A DNA stretch of 64,000 bases from Antedon mediterranea (lineage: Eukaryota > Animalia > Echinodermata), in contig NC_092677.1 of NCBI RefSeq assembly GCF_964355755.1, positions 27,515,175 to 27,579,174 of the forward strand, given 5' to 3'. The first letter of the stretch is position 1. Every line of letters starts with the position of its first letter. A program made the position numbers and the translations under genes. Under the pieces are notes generated by a model, which saw nothing but the letters and a program-made list of their open reading frames with translations, made no database searches and was not told the DNA's origin. Positions 62,676 to 64,000 of the stretch are shown here, piece after piece.

Positions 62676-62996
62676 CCATACATTAGACTGTTGTATCCAT
62701 ACATTAGACTGTTGTATCCATACATTAGACTGTTGTATCCATACATTAGACTGTTGTATCCATACATTAGACTGTTGTATCCATACATTAGACTGTTGTA
62801 TCCATACATTAGACTGTTGTATCCATACATTAGACTGTTGTATCCATACATTAGACTGTTGTATCCATACATTAGACTGTTGTATCCATACATTAGACTG
62901 TTGTATCCATACATTAGACTGTTGTATCCATACATTAGACTGTTGTATCCATACATTAGACTGTTGTATCCATACATTAGACTGTTGTATCCATAC
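62676..62996. repeat. Minisatellite, about 15 perfect copies of a 21-bp unit
   Basis: Unit ccatacattagactgttgtat, no spacers. Confidence 0.97.
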
Positions 62997-64000
62997 TATA
63001 TTTACTGCGAGTGATCCGCTATTTCATGCTACTACTACTAGTCTACCATTTTTTTTTTTTAACCATGTTCCTAAATTTAATATTTATTATCTATCATACT
63101 ACAGTATAACCCAATAGTGTATGTCCCAACATTGAAGTAATTTTAATATCATGCAGCAAAGTGTTGTAATAACGAAGGCCTTCTGTTGCCTGCTGTTATT
63201 CAAATCATAACACTTGTTTATTAACCTACACTCTTATCTAATGAAATCATTCATAAAGTTGGCCTTCCACAATTCTTAGTAATAGACTATATTACGACAG
63301 GTCAAGACACTAATAAGATCTTAGAGGAAATCAGCCTGGTACTGGTAGTAGAAATACCAAAATATTCAATCCACTTGATTAGTTATCGTCGGTAATAATT
63401 AAGTAATATGTTTCAAGATAGACCAACTAGATGGAATGCACAGATGTAATTAAATTTTAAATTAAAGTTTTGTACTGTGGTTTAGAAATTGTTTGATACA
63501 AGGCTTTTGAAACGTATCATCGTCAATTTTATATAATCCATCTTCCTCAACTGCTGTACACTTCATTCAGTGGAGTTTTGTCCGTTCTGTATTACTTGTC
63601 TCATTACCGGTATACTTTTTATACAATTTGGAAAAACATTTTCACATACATTTAAATGTTGGATAACATTTTACAATGGTGGCAACACTTGAAATAATAC
63701 CCATAATATATTTGTTATTTCTTATATTTATACAAATCTAGTCCATAAATTAAAGCCGTTAATTATACAGTATGAATTATTTATAATTACCACACTTTAA
63801 ACCAATGACGACGTATGGGAGGCCACAGGAGTTTGAAATGCCTAGTGTAGAATGAAGCCTGCACATAATTGGGATAGTTCAACATCACTTTTTTAGGGAC
63901 AGAGACAGAGCTGTAGTTCTGACTCGTAAAATAAAAACGTACAGTAAATTTAATTAATGACAAAAACAAACAAAATCAAGTCCTGTGAATATTTATGATT

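Noticed and set aside
62657-63014. ORFs MYGYNSL(n) and LLYPYIR(n)
   Set aside because: These are translations of a stop-free 21-bp minisatellite within an intron, with no supporting splice framing.

Overview
AT-rich eukaryotic genomic DNA with spliceosomal GT-AG introns. It is probably an invertebrate animal, and a deuterostome such as an echinoderm is my inference only. The ORF track uses bacterial start codons and is mostly noise. Two genes sit head-to-head. (1) A complete 15-exon paraplegin gene (SPG7, mitochondrial m-AAA protease; 808 aa when assembled by hand, all intron phases consistent) on the minus strand, 12409-34220. (2) The 5' part of an ANKRD11/12-like gene on the plus strand, with non-coding exons around 34.7, 43.5 and 58.6 kb, coding exons at 58756-58785 and 61593-61686, and the rest beyond the window. 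The introns hold many non-autonomous transposons: two apparently identical inverted 1793-bp Zator-like elements bracketing the shared promoter, a Harbinger MITE nested in a piggyBac-like MITE, Kolobok-, ISL2EU- and Tc1/pogo-like MITEs, a tRNA-derived SINE, a decayed CR1/L2-type LINE and three minisatellites. The most interesting signals are a 55-nt 5'UTR exon that appears to match human ANKRD11 exon 2 at nucleotide level, the conserved SPG7-ANKRD11 divergent pairing, a stop-start coupled uORF chain before the ANKRD11 ATG, the twin inverted transposons, and a LINE-supplied splice acceptor for the SPG7 Walker A exon. All comparisons with human sequences are from memory and need confirming by alignment.
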